Below, in pieces: positions 62,421 to 64,000 of a stretch of DNA of 64,000 nt. The stretch is from Cercozoa sp. M6MM (lineage: Eukaryota > Protista > Endomyxa: Ascetosporea), in assembly GCA_040357565.1 (NCBI GenBank), contig JBDODJ010000018.1; one strand, written 5' to 3'. The position numbers were made by a program, and so were the translations under genes. The stretch's first letter is position 1, and each line of letters starts with the position of its first letter. The notes under the pieces were generated by a model. That model was given only the letters and a program-made list of their open reading frames with translations. It ran no database searches and was not told the DNA's origin.

Positions 62421-62779
62421 AGTTTATCGTATCGTATTTCAGTTGAGCAACTTTCACACTTAGTTTTAAATGCAATCAGCCAGAGTTTATCACAGCACGG
62501 CAACATATCCGATCGCATCGCTGATCCCTCCCCTCCGCTCTAGCGTACGCGTGTCCGCGTTCACCTGGTTCGAGTGAATTAAAAAACGCGTTGCGATAAA
62601 TTTAGTGAATACTTTGCGTGATTTGTTGTGCGTAGGTCAGATCTTTCGCTGCCGCGGTCCTGAATCGAGTGCGGGTTCGTTATAAAGTTGTAAGTTTAAG
62701 TCGCGCAGCTACGCGACGCTAATCCCGTACGGTACTGTAGGTAAACACTGTGACACGCAACGGCGGCGCGGCTGTCGTG

Positions 62780-64000
62780 TTAACTGACGTGAGGCTGAAG
62801 CAGCGCAGGTAACGTCCCATGCCCGTCAGTCGGTACTAGAGCTCTCCAACTCGTCGACGCCTGCTTCCGTGTTGTAGATTGGTCGGTACACACTACAGCA
62901 TCTGCAGCTCTCGTCGTTTGCGCCACCGCTCTGCGCGTCTACTCATGACGGGAATGTGTCAGAACCGCGCACGTTAAGTTAAAATAGAAATGTAACATAG
63001 ATACCGCCTGCCAGGCGTAATGTAGCCTTCGGGAGCATGTTTGGGCAGCCTTGGCAGTCCTTTCCTGTCAGCAAAGATCAATAATACTCTCATGAGATGC
63101 TCACAAAGAACGCAAGCTACCGACCCCCAGACGCCACGCCAGGTTCGGTCAGCAAGTCATCTGCGTTGGCAGATTAAGTTACTGTGGGTAAGTCCACGAA
63201 TGCGTATCGAAATAAATTGTACCTGGATCAACCTCCGTTGGCTGATCGAATATTGACGGGTCCATCAATACCTAAGTGTGCATACAAAATGCATGTGAAT
63301 GCAGCCAAGTGCAGTCCAAATACTTCAATTTTGGTGTCACGCTGAGGGCCCTCTCGGTCGCGAAGTTGGTTGTCTGCCGGACGAACTGGACGAGCGGGCG
63401 TTGGGTCGACACCTCTACTCATGAAAAAAGATACAGCACCCCCCCCCATACAAAGGAGCGATGGTCGGAAAAGACCGCAGCTCGCGCAGCAATGCGTGCT
63501 GCTCGCGCAGACAGAAGTCATAGGAGCTATCGTTTCTGCAAGCAGAGCACAGGGGCATTGTGCGACTCACCGAACCTTCACAATATGAAGTTACCTGGGA
63601 GCAGCAGCTGTCGCAATAAAATTGCGCAAGTCGTTGATTCCATCTTTCGTCTTGGCTGCACATACACAAATATACACAAGCTACACGTCCGATTATGTGG
63701 TATGCGGCTATACAGCTAGTGAGAATAACGTTCGGTCGCAGGTAAATGCGGTCCTCTCGTTTGACGTCACGAAGCACCTGAACCGCGTGTTTGATGAGAG
63801 CAAAGACACACAGACAAGAGTACCTCCTGAATGTCGAGGTCAAGTTGCTGGGCGAACAGATCGCCGTCGCTGCCGTAGTCGGATTCGTTCTTTCCATACA
63901 GCGTCGGTGTCAAGAAAGTAGTGCGACAAAGCGAGAGGGTACCAAGCTGAAGTGCGATTTGTCGCACTTGGTCACCACAATTTGCACCGGCACCTTGTGC
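62780..64000 (-). CDS. 3' part of a multi-exon hypothetical gene entering from the right edge
   Basis: Minus-strand exons (for example YGSDGDLFAQQLDLDIQE, VLRDVKREDRIYLRPN, LLRELRSFPTIAPL) bounded by GT/AG. Confidence 0.35.

Noticed and set aside
63200-63275. DPSIFDQPTEVDP resembling the cytochrome P450 PERF region
   Set aside because: No FxxGxRxCxG heme motif was found downstream.

Overview
Gene-dense eukaryotic (protist-like) nuclear DNA using the standard genetic code. It has many short (about 50-90 nt) spliceosomal introns, intronic microsatellites and five N-gaps. The ORF track is mostly fragments, so I reconstructed the genes by hand-splicing. Recognisable genes: kinesin-2, an aquaglyceroporin, a PDCD4/MA3 protein, a secreted 8x six-cysteine repeat protein, a CK1-family kinase, GNA1, a multi-PDZ/zinc-finger protein, a kinesin-1-like motor with a C-terminal PH domain, MOCS2A, a large mucin/Cys-rich multipass membrane protein, an ABCC transporter, a third kinesin with degenerate catalytic motifs, a homeobox gene, linker histone H1 and a HIT-like protein. 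The most notable signals are (i) a probable pseudo-motor kinesin (DLGDSE in place of DLAGSE), (ii) a 5' splice-site population dominated by GTAC with no +5G preference, (iii) unusual domain architectures (kinesin-1 + PH; C2HC + 3 PDZ + RanBP2 finger), and (iv) recurring intergenic CGTAC clusters and strand-matched TCAGT motifs. I found no rRNA, tRNA, CRISPR array or intact mobile element. Exon boundaries are manual predictions without transcript evidence.
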